A stretch of DNA of 64,000 nt from Candidatus Poribacteria bacterium (GCA_963665235.2 CAXXLX010000001.1:224001-288000), one strand, 5' to 3'. Shown: positions 36,926 through 47,317, counted from the stretch's first letter. Numbers and translations are program-made. The notes: generated by a model not told the origin, from the sequence alone.

Positions 36926-38275
36926 TCAAAGAGTTATCCTCAGCGGTTTATAGGTCGAAAGTGCGGTGTCACTTGCGAACATCAGTCCGGCACATAGCCA
37001 AAAGTAGAACCCGTAGCCGCGAAATTCAAGCGTGCGATTGAAAAAGAGTAGGAATACAGTCACCGCCACCAAACAGAGCATTACCATTGCAATTTGCTTC
37101 GTGTACCTACTCACCGCGTGTTTGTAGAGCTTCAGTGCTGCTCTAAAGAGTTGGAGGAATATAAGACTGAACAGTGCTAATCCCAAAAGCCCATAAAAAC
37201 AGAGTATAGCAACCCAATAGACATCTTTGAATCCCTTTTTACTTAGCACTTTCAAAAGGAAGGAACGTTTGCTCATATTCAGTTTTTCTATGGTACTGTT
37301 CTGGTCGGCACCATATCCCAGAATTGGTCTGTTCGCCAGCACCGTTGGGACATTTCCGATTAAGGCACCGAGCCGCTGTTTCTGTGCAACGCGTACATAA
37401 GAACCGGAAAATACACCGGTGAGATTCCCAACCAACCCGACCCTTGCTTTGCGCGGGTTAACGTACTGCGTACCGAACGGATTGACTACTGCTAAGAGGA
37501 TGCCGAAGATAAGCGCGCCTGCTAATGATATGTAAAGTGTCTTTTTCCAGCCGTAGTGAAAGTAGAACCAAGCGGCACAAGCAAGAATTGCTGAAAAAGT
37601 CGCCGCGCGTGAGTAGGAACGGGCTATGAACATTAGTAGGACGACTATACCTATTAGATTCAGATACGCAAGACGTTTTATACGCGATAGATAGATGACA
37701 AGGATAAGTATCATAAACACGCCATAGATAACGGTATCCCCCAGGGTGCCGTAGATACTCCCAATTTCTCGACCGAGTTCAAGCAACCGGTACTCTTTGG
37801 TAAATCCGCCAACTTCAAGGGTTGATTCCCGCGGGAGGAAGTAGTCGAACGCACTCGGGCCGCCAACCCACTGAATTAGGCCCATGGTGAGCTGCAGTAT
37901 GCCAATACCTAAAATTAGCCGTAAAAGGAACGTTATACGTCTTTGAGACAGCGGAGAATTTACGACAAGATAGAAAAGGACGACATATCGAGCTAACGGA
38001 CGGACATTGTACAGGCTTCCAATCAGTGGCGAGTTGTTTATCACCATTGAGAGAAACACCACAATGTAAAAACCGATAACAGGTAAATCAATTGCGGTTT
38101 TGACGAAGGGAATACCTCTGTAAAGTTTGTGGATGACCATCTTTACGAATGCTACATAGATGAGGATTTCCCCTAAGAATCTTAAATAAGAGTACACAGT
38201 ATCGCTGACAGGTAGAAGTTTGAGTACAAACTCTTCAAAGGCAACGTATCCTGTGAGAAAATAGATGATACCCAT
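36926..38275 (-). CDS. O-antigen ligase/Wzy polymerase-like membrane protein
   Basis: About 11 TM helices; SYSRA, PILGYG and YGLLGL motifs; located in a polysaccharide cluster. Confidence 0.78.
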   Translation of the reverse strand: MGIIYFLTGYVAFEEFVLKLLPVSDTVYSYLRFLGEILIYVAFVKMVIHKLYRGIPFVKTAIDLPVIGFYIVVFLSMVINNSPLIGSLYNVRPLARYVVLFYLVVNSPLSQRRITFLLRLILGIGILQLTMGLIQWVGGPSAFDYFLPRESTLEVGGFTKEYRLLELGREIGSIYGTLGDTVIYGVFMILILVIYLSRIKRLAYLNLIGIVVLLMFIARSYSRAATFSAILACAAWFYFHYGWKKTLYISLAGALIFGILLAVVNPFGTQYVNPRKARVGLVGNLTGVFSGSYVRVAQKQRLGALIGNVPTVLANRPILGYGADQNSTIEKLNMSKRSFLLKVLSKKGFKDVYWVAILCFYGLLGLALFSLIFLQLFRAALKLYKHAVSRYTKQIAMVMLCLVAVTVFLLFFNRTLEFRGYGFYFWLCAGLMFASDTALSTYKPLRITL

Positions 38276-38428
38276 TTGACGTGGGCCTCCGCTCCGCCTG
38301 CGCCGTATTGACTGTTGGCTATTGGCTATTGGAAACCTATAGCAAGAGAAGAGAGCTCTTATATTTCTTGCTATTTGCTAATTGCTAACTGCCAACGCGC
38401 TATTTGCTAATTCTAGTAGATTATGCTA

Positions 38429-38701
38429 ACGTGAGCTTGATAATAAATGCCCGTTTTCCCTAACCTCTATAAACATATCGTCCTTGAGGAGCGGGAAACT
38501 GTTTGCCCGAATACTGGGACTAAGAGCCGGGGGCAGAAACCCTCGCTTCTATAAACATATCGTCCCTACGGGACTAAAGAAAATTTTTGGCTCATGTAAA
38601 GAATGAGTGCTAATAAAAAGTTTAACCCCTGTGGCCATTGACTTTATCACAAGCAACCGCACATGCTTTTTACATGAGCGAAATTTTCTTCAAACTCACG
38701 T
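38429..38701. mobile_element. MITE type A carrying two REP hairpins (one with and one without the 32-nt insert), TSD TATGCTA/TATGTTA
   Basis: Ends acgtgagcttga and tcaaactcacgt. The 7-bp flanks at 38422-38428 and 38702-38708 differ by one base. Confidence 0.8.
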
Positions 38702-38794
38702 TATGTTACAAAGGTGGCAACTTAGGTCATCCTATTAGTTGCCAGTCACACAAGTTTTCTTCAAAAAAAAGATGAAGTTTGAAGAAGGTAGGGT

Positions 38795-39685
38795 CTATTG
38801 CAGGGCAAGCCGTTTTTTCTGCTCTTCTAATATTGCCTTTTGACGTTTAACGCGTTCGGGTACCAACCGTTCCCGTGGGCCAGTCGGTTTGAAATCCAAG
38901 CGGTCTTTGCGCAATCCGCGTAAGACAGCTAACTCTACAGGCGAAAAATCGTCCGGTGCGTCGCGATTGAAATTCATCGGCTCCTTAAGTGCAACCGGGG
39001 GGTTCGTGATAAAACGGGCGCGTCCCGACGGGTTTTGGGAAGCAGAATGTAAAATGAACGGATGCAGCAGCACAACATCCCCCGCATTTCCTGTTATCTC
39101 CACAAAGTCTTTGCACTTTCCGACCAACTGACCGAAACCCTCCCCGGGGAGCAATCCCTCTGGATGTGCATATAGATGCTGTGCAACATGCTGCACTGAA
39201 TCACAAGCGACAAAGGTGCCCCCGCTTTTCGGATAGATGTCCGACCAGACGACGATAGTAAGCAATCCCTGCTCTGGACTGTCTAAAAAGTGGCGGAAGA
39301 AATCGCCATCCTTATGCCACCCGCTGCGGAGCGACTCTGGGGGTTGCCAGGCGGTGTCTGCTCCCAGCGCAAAATTAATAATAAACCCATCCCCCCACGA
39401 CGGTGCTGAGTTGGCAAGTCTATCCTCACCGCCAAGCAGGTCACATATAGCCTCCCATGCCCTCGGCGCGATTTCCTGAATTGGCACACGTTTCATGGAG
39501 GGTAAATGGATTCGGGGTACCTCCCAAGTGGTCGGGTCATTGCGGTCATATCCGAGGCGTTTGAAGGCGAAATCGGTCCAATCCTCCGCTAATTTCCTCG
39601 GAAAGCAATTTTTCAGGACAATATGTCCCCTTTCAACGAAATGGGTCACATCCGATTCTGTAAGCACTTTATAGGTTTTTGGCAT
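38795..39685 (-). CDS. PhyH-like dioxygenase
   Basis: HFVERGHIVLK, GWHKDG, SDIYPKSGGT and GNAGDVVLLHPFILH motifs. Confidence 0.85.
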   Translation of the reverse strand: MPKTYKVLTESDVTHFVERGHIVLKNCFPRKLAEDWTDFAFKRLGYDRNDPTTWEVPRIHLPSMKRVPIQEIAPRAWEAICDLLGGEDRLANSAPSWGDGFIINFALGADTAWQPPESLRSGWHKDGDFFRHFLDSPEQGLLTIVVWSDIYPKSGGTFVACDSVQHVAQHLYAHPEGLLPGEGFGQLVGKCKDFVEITGNAGDVVLLHPFILHSASQNPSGRARFITNPPVALKEPMNFNRDAPDDFSPVELAVLRGLRKDRLDFKPTGPRERLVPERVKRQKAILEEQKKRLALQ

Positions 39686-39696
39686 GTGTCACCTCT

Positions 39697-40902
39697 CTAT
39701 TCCAAGCTCTCTAATAACGTTTCGGCGAGTTTTGTTGCGAACGCGTCATCATTGATGTGGGCATCCATCTCAATTACGGTAACATTGTCCGTGATGTGTG
39801 CCTTTAGGTTTTCACGCCAGGCGTTTCGCGCCTCCGGTGCGTCGAAAGGCTGCCCGGTCTTATCAATTGCAGATACGCCTTGTGTGGGGATAATGACAGT
39901 TGTGGGCCCCTGTGCTGTGTTAAGTTTTTGTGCCATGATTCTGCCCAATTCGGCAGTCTCTTCGGCGGTTGTCCGCATCAGCGTCACGGTGGGATTGTGC
40001 TGATAGAAGTGCCGTTGGCTAAACTGGTCAGGGACGGTGTCCGGGGGGCCGAAATTGACCATATCCAAAGCACCGGGTGCGATGACTTGTGGTAACCCTG
40101 CGTGTCCTGCGGCTTCCAACCGTTCGGGGCCGGCACTGAGAATTCCACCGACTAATTCGTCTGCAAGCTCTGTAGTGGTTACGTCTAGCACGCCTGCAAG
40201 GAATCCGCCCTTGACGAGGTCTTCCATGGCCCGTCCGCCTGTGCCTGTTGCGTGAAAGACGAGTACTTCGTATCCTGCGGCCTCGAGGATTTCGCGTGCC
40301 TTTGTGACGCAAGGGGTTGTCACGCCGAACATCGTCGCGGCGATTAAAGGCTTATCTGTTGTCGCTACAGGCGCGTCCGCGTTGACCATCCCGACGATTG
40401 CACCAGCGGCGTTGGCAAGAATCTGCCGGGACAAGCGGTTGATACCGGCAATATCCACTACGGAATACATCATACAGATGTCTTTTGACTGTACGTAAGG
40501 GCTCGTATCGCCGGAGGCGAGGGTTGAGACCATGAGTTTCGGAACCCCTATGGGCAATGCCTGCATGGCTGTTGTGCCGATAGTCGTTCCGGCGGAGCCG
40601 CCGAGTGAGATGATGGCATCAATTTCGCCTGCGGTGTGTTTCTCCGAAATAAGTTCGGCTGCACCTTGTGCCATGACAGCGACGCTATTCCCTCTGTCGC
40701 CTTCATCGCGCAACGTTTGCAGCGAGGAGCCGCCAGCTTGTGCCACTTCATCGGCAGAAATATCAGGGTCCAACTGCGGTTCACCCAAGATGCCAGTATT
40801 GACAACGCACGTTGCGGTTCCACCTGCTTCTATTTGTGCCTTGATGAACGCAAATTCTACGCCTTTCGTGTCCATCGTTCCAACGATACAAACTCTTTTC
40901 AT
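39697..40902 (-). CDS. Tm-1-like ATP-binding domain protein (UPF0261)
   Basis: GTMDTKG, GGSAGT, LPIGVPKLMVST, TMFGVTTPCV, VFHATGTGG and HINDDAFA motifs. Confidence 0.92.
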   Translation of the reverse strand: MKRVCIVGTMDTKGVEFAFIKAQIEAGGTATCVVNTGILGEPQLDPDISADEVAQAGGSSLQTLRDEGDRGNSVAVMAQGAAELISEKHTAGEIDAIISLGGSAGTTIGTTAMQALPIGVPKLMVSTLASGDTSPYVQSKDICMMYSVVDIAGINRLSRQILANAAGAIVGMVNADAPVATTDKPLIAATMFGVTTPCVTKAREILEAAGYEVLVFHATGTGGRAMEDLVKGGFLAGVLDVTTTELADELVGGILSAGPERLEAAGHAGLPQVIAPGALDMVNFGPPDTVPDQFSQRHFYQHNPTVTLMRTTAEETAELGRIMAQKLNTAQGPTTVIIPTQGVSAIDKTGQPFDAPEARNAWRENLKAHITDNVTVIEMDAHINDDAFATKLAETLLESLE

Positions 40903-40922
40903 TGACAGATTCCTCCCTATTT

Positions 40923-42176
40923 TCACCCTGTTAGGACCTGAATTCCGGCTACAGGTAAAACAGCAACTTTTGCCTGGGCAGGAAGTTTTTCGGTCAGGAG
41001 TTGAATTAATTGCGTTAAATCTCGGAAAAGCAGAGAGGAGGGGTATTCCTTGTAAAAGTCATCTACCCCGAAATGCTCGGACCAGACGTGGAGCTGGTTG
41101 CGTCTTCCGATTTGGGGTTTTGGTGGTTCGGTAGGAATTTGCTCGGCTTTCTGCTTAAGATACCGCGGATAATCGAGACGGTCGTATAGCCCGTGGAAAC
41201 ATGAGCCATCGGTTGCGGGATAAAGTGCTATCGTATAAGCATTTTCAAAATAGGAAAAAGCGGCGAGTGCTTTATCAAGTTGAATAGCATCCGCGTCGAG
41301 CGGGTAGCAATTGATTATGACCAGGTCGCTCCCCGTTCGGGTTGTTTCCGATATTTCGGTTCTGTAGGTGTCCATCGCAAAATGCGCGCCTTTGCGATGT
41401 GCTTTTATGAAATCGCCTACGAACAGTCCACAAATTTCACGGCGGCTATTGAGGACAACATTGGCGATAGCGTCAAGCCCGAGGACACCCGCTGCCAGTT
41501 CAATGGTATCGCGCCGGTCGGGTTCATCACTCTCCCCCTCAATGACAGCGGGGCCACGGCCCGGTGGAAAGGTATGGAAATAATACATAGTGGGAAAACC
41601 TGCGGTGCCGGGGACAATCAGTTTTGCCCCGCCACTAAACCCGACTGAGCTGTGTGGATAAATTCCGCCGAGGCAGATTTTGAAGTCTGCATCCGCTACA
41701 ATTCTATTGATATAGACAGGCGTGCCGTTTTCAAGTTTTCCCAAAGCGCGTAGGTCCCCGCTCAGGAAGTTATGATTGGTTACCTGATAGTTCGCCACGA
41801 TATCCGCGCCAACTTTCTTAACCATTTCGTCTTTGGTGATGGGCCGGTGCGCGCCAACGCCGACGACAAACCGGATTTCGGATTTCGGAACCCCGGCTGC
41901 GGTAAGCTCCTGGAGTAGAAACGGAATTACTTTAGATGCGGGGGTAGGCCGGCTCAGATCATCAACAATGATAGCGGCGCTCTTCCTACCTTTTGCAAGT
42001 TCTGATATCGGAGGTGTGCCGATTGGGTTGGCAAACGCGCGTTCAATCTGATTGTCAGAAAGCGCGGGGGCATCCTTTGGTGAAAGCATTTCTACTTCCC
42101 AATTGCTTGGAAAATTGAGAGTCAGTTCTTTGTCCCCGTGCCAAGCCCCAGTGAGGACAGTCGCAGTGTTCTTCAT
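40923..42176 (-). CDS. LarA-like (DUF2088) nickel-pincer-dependent racemase/epimerase
   Basis: VDDLSRPTP, GAHR, NHN, YPH...FSGGAK and FH motifs. Confidence 0.85.
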   Translation of the reverse strand: MKNTATVLTGAWHGDKELTLNFPSNWEVEMLSPKDAPALSDNQIERAFANPIGTPPISELAKGRKSAAIIVDDLSRPTPASKVIPFLLQELTAAGVPKSEIRFVVGVGAHRPITKDEMVKKVGADIVANYQVTNHNFLSGDLRALGKLENGTPVYINRIVADADFKICLGGIYPHSSVGFSGGAKLIVPGTAGFPTMYYFHTFPPGRGPAVIEGESDEPDRRDTIELAAGVLGLDAIANVVLNSRREICGLFVGDFIKAHRKGAHFAMDTYRTEISETTRTGSDLVIINCYPLDADAIQLDKALAAFSYFENAYTIALYPATDGSCFHGLYDRLDYPRYLKQKAEQIPTEPPKPQIGRRNQLHVWSEHFGVDDFYKEYPSSLLFRDLTQLIQLLTEKLPAQAKVAVLPVAGIQVLTG

Positions 42177-43804
42177 TCTTCCTCTCCTTCTGGTTCAGTC
42201 TTTTTTTGTTGATATGCCAATACCGCTGCAACAAATTCTCGGAACAACGGGTGGGGCACTAGCGGTTTAGATTGGAATTCGGGGTGGAATTGTGAGCCCA
42301 CCATCCACGGATGCTCGGTGACTTCAGCGATTTCAACGAGGCTTTCATCGGGAGAAACGCCGCTGAAACAGAGTCCTGCGGATTCTAATGTGGCCCGGTA
42401 TCGGTTATTGAATTCATATCGATGCCGATGCCGTTCTACGATAATAGGTTGCTGATAGGCATCATAACTTTTGGTGTTTTCCTTGAGCACACACGGATAA
42501 AGTCCAAGGCGCATTGTGGCACCGAGGTCCGAAATTGCTCGCTGTTCAAGCATCAAATCTATGACAGGATGTGGCGTGTTCTCGTCAACCTCTGTGCTAT
42601 TTGCGTTCTCTAAACTGCCGACGTTGCGTGCGAATTCAATGACGAGGCACTGCATTCCGAGGCATAACCCTAAATACGGGATGTGGTTGTGGCGTGCATA
42701 TTGCGCAGCGACTATCATGCCCTCAATACCGCGATAACCGAACCCGCCGGGTACCAGAATTCCGCTAACATTTTGGAAAACTGCGTCTAGGTTGGGATGT
42801 TCAGTGAGCCCTTCAGCTTCTATCCATTCGATATGTACGGCTGTTTCGTTAGCGATTCCGCCATGTTTGAGAGCCTCTTGGACACTAATATAGGCATCGC
42901 TTCCGGTGGTATATTTCCCGACGATTGCAATTGTCGTGCTGTGTTTGGGATTTTTGAGTTTATTCACCATGGCTATCCACTCGGCATCCATGGTGGCGCG
43001 TCTCTCTAGTCCCAATTTTTTTGAGACGAGGTTTCCCATACCCTGCTGTTCAAAATTGAGCGGAATTTCATCAACGCAGTTGGTATCCAGGCCCTCCAAA
43101 ATATATTCTTCACTAATGCCACAGAGGAGTGAAATCTTTTTGCGAACAGTGTCATCAAGCGTTTGACTGGTGCGGCACAATAGTAAATCGGGTTGAATTC
43201 CGAGTTCTTGAAGTTTTCTGATGCTATGTTGTGTCGGTTTGCTTTTGCTTTCGCCATTGGGTAAAGTATAAATGAGCGAGACGTGAAGGAACATCGTATT
43301 TTCGCGGCCGACCTCGACAGCCATTTGTCGGATGGCCTCGACAAACGGGGGGGTTTCAAAATCACCGATGGTTCCGCCTATCTCGGTGATGACGATATCC
43401 GCGTCGTTATCTTTCCCGATTTGATAGATTCGGCGTTTGATTTCGTCGGTAACATGCGGAATGAGTTGGACTGTCTGGCCGAGGTAGTCGCCGCGCCGTT
43501 CCTTCGCAATAACTTCGCTATAGACGGAGCCTGTCGTGAAGTTAGAGTGCTGATTCAGGTCAAGTCCGAGGAAACGTTCATAGTTTCCGACATCTAGGTC
43601 GGTTTCGGCCCCGTCGTGGGTTACGAAAACTTCGCCGTGTTGAAAAGGGTTCATCACACCAGCATCAACATTGAGATAGGGGTCAATTTTGACGACCATC
43701 ACGCTGAAGCCTCTATTGATAAGCAACCTGCCCAGCGATGCGGTTGTAATGCCTTTGCCGATGCCTGAGATAACGCCCCCTGTCACAAATATATATTTTG
43801 TCAT
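42173..43804 (-). CDS. pyrG: CTP synthase
   Basis: KYIFVTGGVISGIGKG, KIDPYLN, GLCLGMQ, RHRHRYE and QFHPEF motifs. Confidence 0.98.
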   Translation of the reverse strand: MTKYIFVTGGVISGIGKGITTASLGRLLINRGFSVMVVKIDPYLNVDAGVMNPFQHGEVFVTHDGAETDLDVGNYERFLGLDLNQHSNFTTGSVYSEVIAKERRGDYLGQTVQLIPHVTDEIKRRIYQIGKDNDADIVITEIGGTIGDFETPPFVEAIRQMAVEVGRENTMFLHVSLIYTLPNGESKSKPTQHSIRKLQELGIQPDLLLCRTSQTLDDTVRKKISLLCGISEEYILEGLDTNCVDEIPLNFEQQGMGNLVSKKLGLERRATMDAEWIAMVNKLKNPKHSTTIAIVGKYTTGSDAYISVQEALKHGGIANETAVHIEWIEAEGLTEHPNLDAVFQNVSGILVPGGFGYRGIEGMIVAAQYARHNHIPYLGLCLGMQCLVIEFARNVGSLENANSTEVDENTPHPVIDLMLEQRAISDLGATMRLGLYPCVLKENTKSYDAYQQPIIVERHRHRYEFNNRYRATLESAGLCFSGVSPDESLVEIAEVTEHPWMVGSQFHPEFQSKPLVPHPLFREFVAAVLAYQQKKTEPEGEEE

Positions 43805-43809
43805 GTTGC

Positions 43810-44556
43810 TTAAACATCCCTCCTTTTTAAAATCTGTTTTACCCGCTCCAAATCGGCAGGCACATCAACCCCAATAAGCGGGGTGTCGGTTTCAACGACA
43901 TGAATGGGAATGCCGTGTTCCAAAAAGCGTAACTGTTCCAAGTTCTCCGCAATCTCATAAGGGGTGCGCTCCCAAGAGGTGAAGGCAAGGAGCAGCTCCT
44001 TTCGGAATGCGTATAAACCAATATGCCGATAGACAAACCCGCTTTTATTAAAGGCGTGCTGCATGTTCGGTAGTGCCCCGGGAATGGGACTTCTTGAAAA
44101 GTACAACGCATCGCCGTGAAGATTTGTAACAACTTTCACTACGTTCCTGTTAAGATAGTCCTCAATAGTGTGAATTCGTTCTTTCAAAGTGCTGACCTGG
44201 ACAAGTGGTCTTTCCACGAAGGGTTGAATCATCATATCGAGCTGTTTAGGTTCAAGGAGCGGTTCATCGCCTTGAATGTCAACGACAATATCACACGTTA
44301 GTTGTTCAGCGACGACTGCCACGCGGTCGGTGCCGGTAGCGCATTCACCGGTCATCTGTACGTTCCCGCCGAAGCCTTTAACGGTATCGTAAATCCGCTG
44401 GTCATCTGTCGCGACGATAACTTGACTGAGCATTTTTGCGCGACAGGCCCGTTCGTAGACGTGCTGTATCATCGGTTTCCCCAGAATATCTGCTAACGGT
44501 TTCCCTTCAAATCGGGTTGAGGCGTAGCGGGCGGGAATAATTCCTACACTTTTCAC
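43810..44556 (-). CDS. kdsB: 3-deoxy-manno-octulosonate cytidylyltransferase
   Basis: IIPARYASTRFEGKPL, GTDR, QGDEP, ALYFSR, HIGLY and LEQLR motifs. The GTG start overlaps the upstream stop. Confidence 0.95.
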   Translation of the reverse strand: MKSVGIIPARYASTRFEGKPLADILGKPMIQHVYERACRAKMLSQVIVATDDQRIYDTVKGFGGNVQMTGECATGTDRVAVVAEQLTCDIVVDIQGDEPLLEPKQLDMMIQPFVERPLVQVSTLKERIHTIEDYLNRNVVKVVTNLHGDALYFSRSPIPGALPNMQHAFNKSGFVYRHIGLYAFRKELLLAFTSWERTPYEIAENLEQLRFLEHGIPIHVVETDTPLIGVDVPADLERVKQILKRRDV

Positions 44557-46340
44557 ATGCTCTCTCTCTTTTGACGCGGTAAATTTTGATACATTATTAC
44601 CCCTGATAGGACTGAAATGGATACAAAAATAAGTCCGGTCCCGGTAAAGCCTAACAGTAATTTTCCGATGCCGAATAAGGTGGCATAGATGAAGATTACG
44701 CCAATTATCCAATTGAGCAGGGCAGGCAGCTTAGAATCTGTTTGCGAAACCTCTTCGCTCATCTCAGCTTGTGTGTCTATCTCTTTTGTAATCAGTGTCC
44801 ATCCCCTTTTACTCGGCTTAACCCGATTGTAGAAGGCAATCAGTGTTTCTGTTGAAACAGGCGCGGTCAAAAATGTAACGAGCACCCAAACGAACGTAGA
44901 ACTTGGGACAATAATCAGCATTTGAAGGGCAAATTCATTTTTCGTTTCAGGATGTATAAACACAACGATAGAAACAATTAGGGCTGCGAGCATTGCGGAA
45001 ATTTCGGACCAGGCGTTGATACGCCACCAGTACCACCGTAAGATTTGTACGAGCCCGATGCCAGCGTTTAAGGCGATGAGAAATTTCCACGCGCCTGCAA
45101 TGGAATCCATGAAGAGACTTGTCCCGCCTGCGATTATCATGATGAGCACTACGGCAAAACGCGAGGCGGTGACGTAATGCTCAGGGGCCGCTTCAGGTTT
45201 AAAGAAACGTTTATAAAAATCGTTGATGAGATAGGACGCACCCCAATTCAGATGTGTGTCAATCGTTGACATAAACGCTGCTAAAAACGCTGTGAGCATC
45301 AGACCGAGCAGCCCTACAGGCAGATAGTCAAGCATTAGCATTGCGTATCCCGCTTCCGCATCGTGTAAGGCAGGATTCACATGCTCAGGGTTGCCGAGCC
45401 CGGGGTAAACGACCATTGCAACAAGGGCAACGAGTATCCACGGCCACGGGCGGAGTGTGTAATGTGCAATGTTGAACCATAACGTAGCTAATAGCGTATG
45501 CCGTTCATTCTTCGCTGCGAACATGCGTTGTGCAATGTAGCCGCTGCCATCCACGCCGTTCGATGCCCACCACTGCATTCCGAGATAGACCCCAAAGGTT
45601 AAAATAGCCATCTTTCCTGCACTGAAGTCGGGTGCGAAATTCAGAATAGCGTGCTCGGCACCGTATATCCCGGTCAATTGCTCTTTCAGTGCCCCAATAC
45701 CGCCTATATTGTTCACAGCAATGATTGCTAATGCAATTGAGCCTATCATCGCCATGCCGAATTGGACGATGTCTGTCATGACAACCCCCCAAAACCCGGA
45801 CAACGCACAGTAAATGCCAGCAATTAACATGCATCCCAACACAACGAAAATCTTTGTATTCGCAGTATCCGGTAAGTCAAAAGCCAGTACCACAATTTTC
45901 TGCATTGCAAGGATAACCCATCCCATTGTAATGCAGTTAATCGGTAGACCAATGTAAAGGGCGCGGAAACCGCGCAGAAAACTTGCAGAGGGGCCGGAGT
46001 AGCGGAGCTCGGTAAATTCAACATCGGTGATAATTTCGGAGCGTCGCCAGAGACGTGAAAATAGGAAGGTCGCCAGCATTCCGCTCAATACCATGTTCCA
46101 CCAAAGCCAATTCCCCGCGATACCGTCATTTACAACGAGCCCTGTGACTGCTAAGGGTGTATCTGCTGCGAAGGTTGTGGCTACCATAGAGGTGCCTGCT
46201 AACCACCACGGCAAATTGCGTCCAGAGACGAAAAATTCGTTGATATTTCGCCCGGCACGCTTGGAAAAATAGATGCCCAGCCCAAGCGCGAAAAGGATAT
46301 AACCGATAATAATTGCCCAATCAATAGGTGAAATCTTCAT
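44553..46340 (-). CDS. Sodium:solute symporter family protein
   Basis: FFVSGRNLPWW, ATTFAADTPL, GVVMTDIVQF, YIAQR and AFMSTID motifs. Confidence 0.93.
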   Translation of the reverse strand: MKISPIDWAIIIGYILFALGLGIYFSKRAGRNINEFFVSGRNLPWWLAGTSMVATTFAADTPLAVTGLVVNDGIAGNWLWWNMVLSGMLATFLFSRLWRRSEIITDVEFTELRYSGPSASFLRGFRALYIGLPINCITMGWVILAMQKIVVLAFDLPDTANTKIFVVLGCMLIAGIYCALSGFWGVVMTDIVQFGMAMIGSIALAIIAVNNIGGIGALKEQLTGIYGAEHAILNFAPDFSAGKMAILTFGVYLGMQWWASNGVDGSGYIAQRMFAAKNERHTLLATLWFNIAHYTLRPWPWILVALVAMVVYPGLGNPEHVNPALHDAEAGYAMLMLDYLPVGLLGLMLTAFLAAFMSTIDTHLNWGASYLINDFYKRFFKPEAAPEHYVTASRFAVVLIMIIAGGTSLFMDSIAGAWKFLIALNAGIGLVQILRWYWWRINAWSEISAMLAALIVSIVVFIHPETKNEFALQMLIIVPSSTFVWVLVTFLTAPVSTETLIAFYNRVKPSKRGWTLITKEIDTQAEMSEEVSQTDSKLPALLNWIIGVIFIYATLFGIGKLLLGFTGTGLIFVSISVLSGVIMYQNLPRQKRESM

Positions 46341-46507
46341 AATTCTTTCTCCAAAATCACTATTTTATTTTACCGTAAAACACCGTTTAAATCAAGAAAA
46401 AAATTCGCTATGGCGTAAAAATATTTACACACCCGTTTTTTCTTGTTTTCTTTTCCAAATCATGGTATTATTAAAGCTAAAGTAAAAAAATAAAAGGAGA
46501 TTTCAAA

Positions 46508-47317
46508 ATGAAACGGACTTTCATAATATTCGTGTGCGTACTTTTGGCATATCAACTGGGCGGTGTCTCTGCCGATGTCCTCGATCCGGATCTGGTGCTT
46601 TATTTCGATTATGAGGAGTTTAAGGGCAATACTGTCATAGAGAAATCTGGGCGCGGTTACGATGGTGAAATCACCGGTAAAGTGACACAGTCTGACGATG
46701 GTAAGTTTGGCAAGGCAGGACATTTCACCTCCGGCAGCTTCCTCGATTTAGACGGGCCCAACGTTAACCCAGAAGATATTCCGACCGAGGGGATGAGCAT
46801 TTTAGCGTGGATTAACGTTGATGCTGTCACAGATATGGCGATTTTCAATGCACGCGCACAAGATGGGACGTGGCTTGTACATCCGGAGGCGCGAGGAGAC
46901 GGCAATTATCGTTGGCTCAATCGTGGGCATAATCCAGGGAAAACGCTATTCGATATCAAGGCTGGCACAAACAAGGCAAAGGAATGGGTGCATTACGCTG
47001 GTACGTTCAGCCGTAAAGAGGGAATAGCTTATCTCTATATCAACGGTATCAAAGTCGGTGAAGAAAAAGCACGCCTCCCTGATCCGATTGCAGGCGATTG
47101 GGGTCAAGGAGCACGTGTCGGTTACAACATCGACAATAAGCGTCCGTTCGCTGGGCTCATGGATGACCTGACCGTCTGGAAACGTGGGCTAACACAAGAT
47201 GAAGTGACGGAAATCATGAATAATAGCATGAAGTCATACCTCAGTGTAGAAGCGCGCGGCAAGCTAACAACTACGTGGGGAAGACTAAAAACCTCACACT
47301 ATGTCATTGGCAATTAG
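46508..47317 (+). CDS. Secreted LamG/concanavalin A-like domain protein with C-terminal VEARGKLTTTWGRLK motif
   Basis: Signal peptide; LVLYFDYEE, GKFGKA, WVHYAGTF, LYING and FAGLMDDL motifs. Confidence 0.88.
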   Translation: MKRTFIIFVCVLLAYQLGGVSADVLDPDLVLYFDYEEFKGNTVIEKSGRGYDGEITGKVTQSDDGKFGKAGHFTSGSFLDLDGPNVNPEDIPTEGMSILAWINVDAVTDMAIFNARAQDGTWLVHPEARGDGNYRWLNRGHNPGKTLFDIKAGTNKAKEWVHYAGTFSRKEGIAYLYINGIKVGEEKARLPDPIAGDWGQGARVGYNIDNKRPFAGLMDDLTVWKRGLTQDEVTEIMNNSMKSYLSVEARGKLTTTWGRLKTSHYVIGN

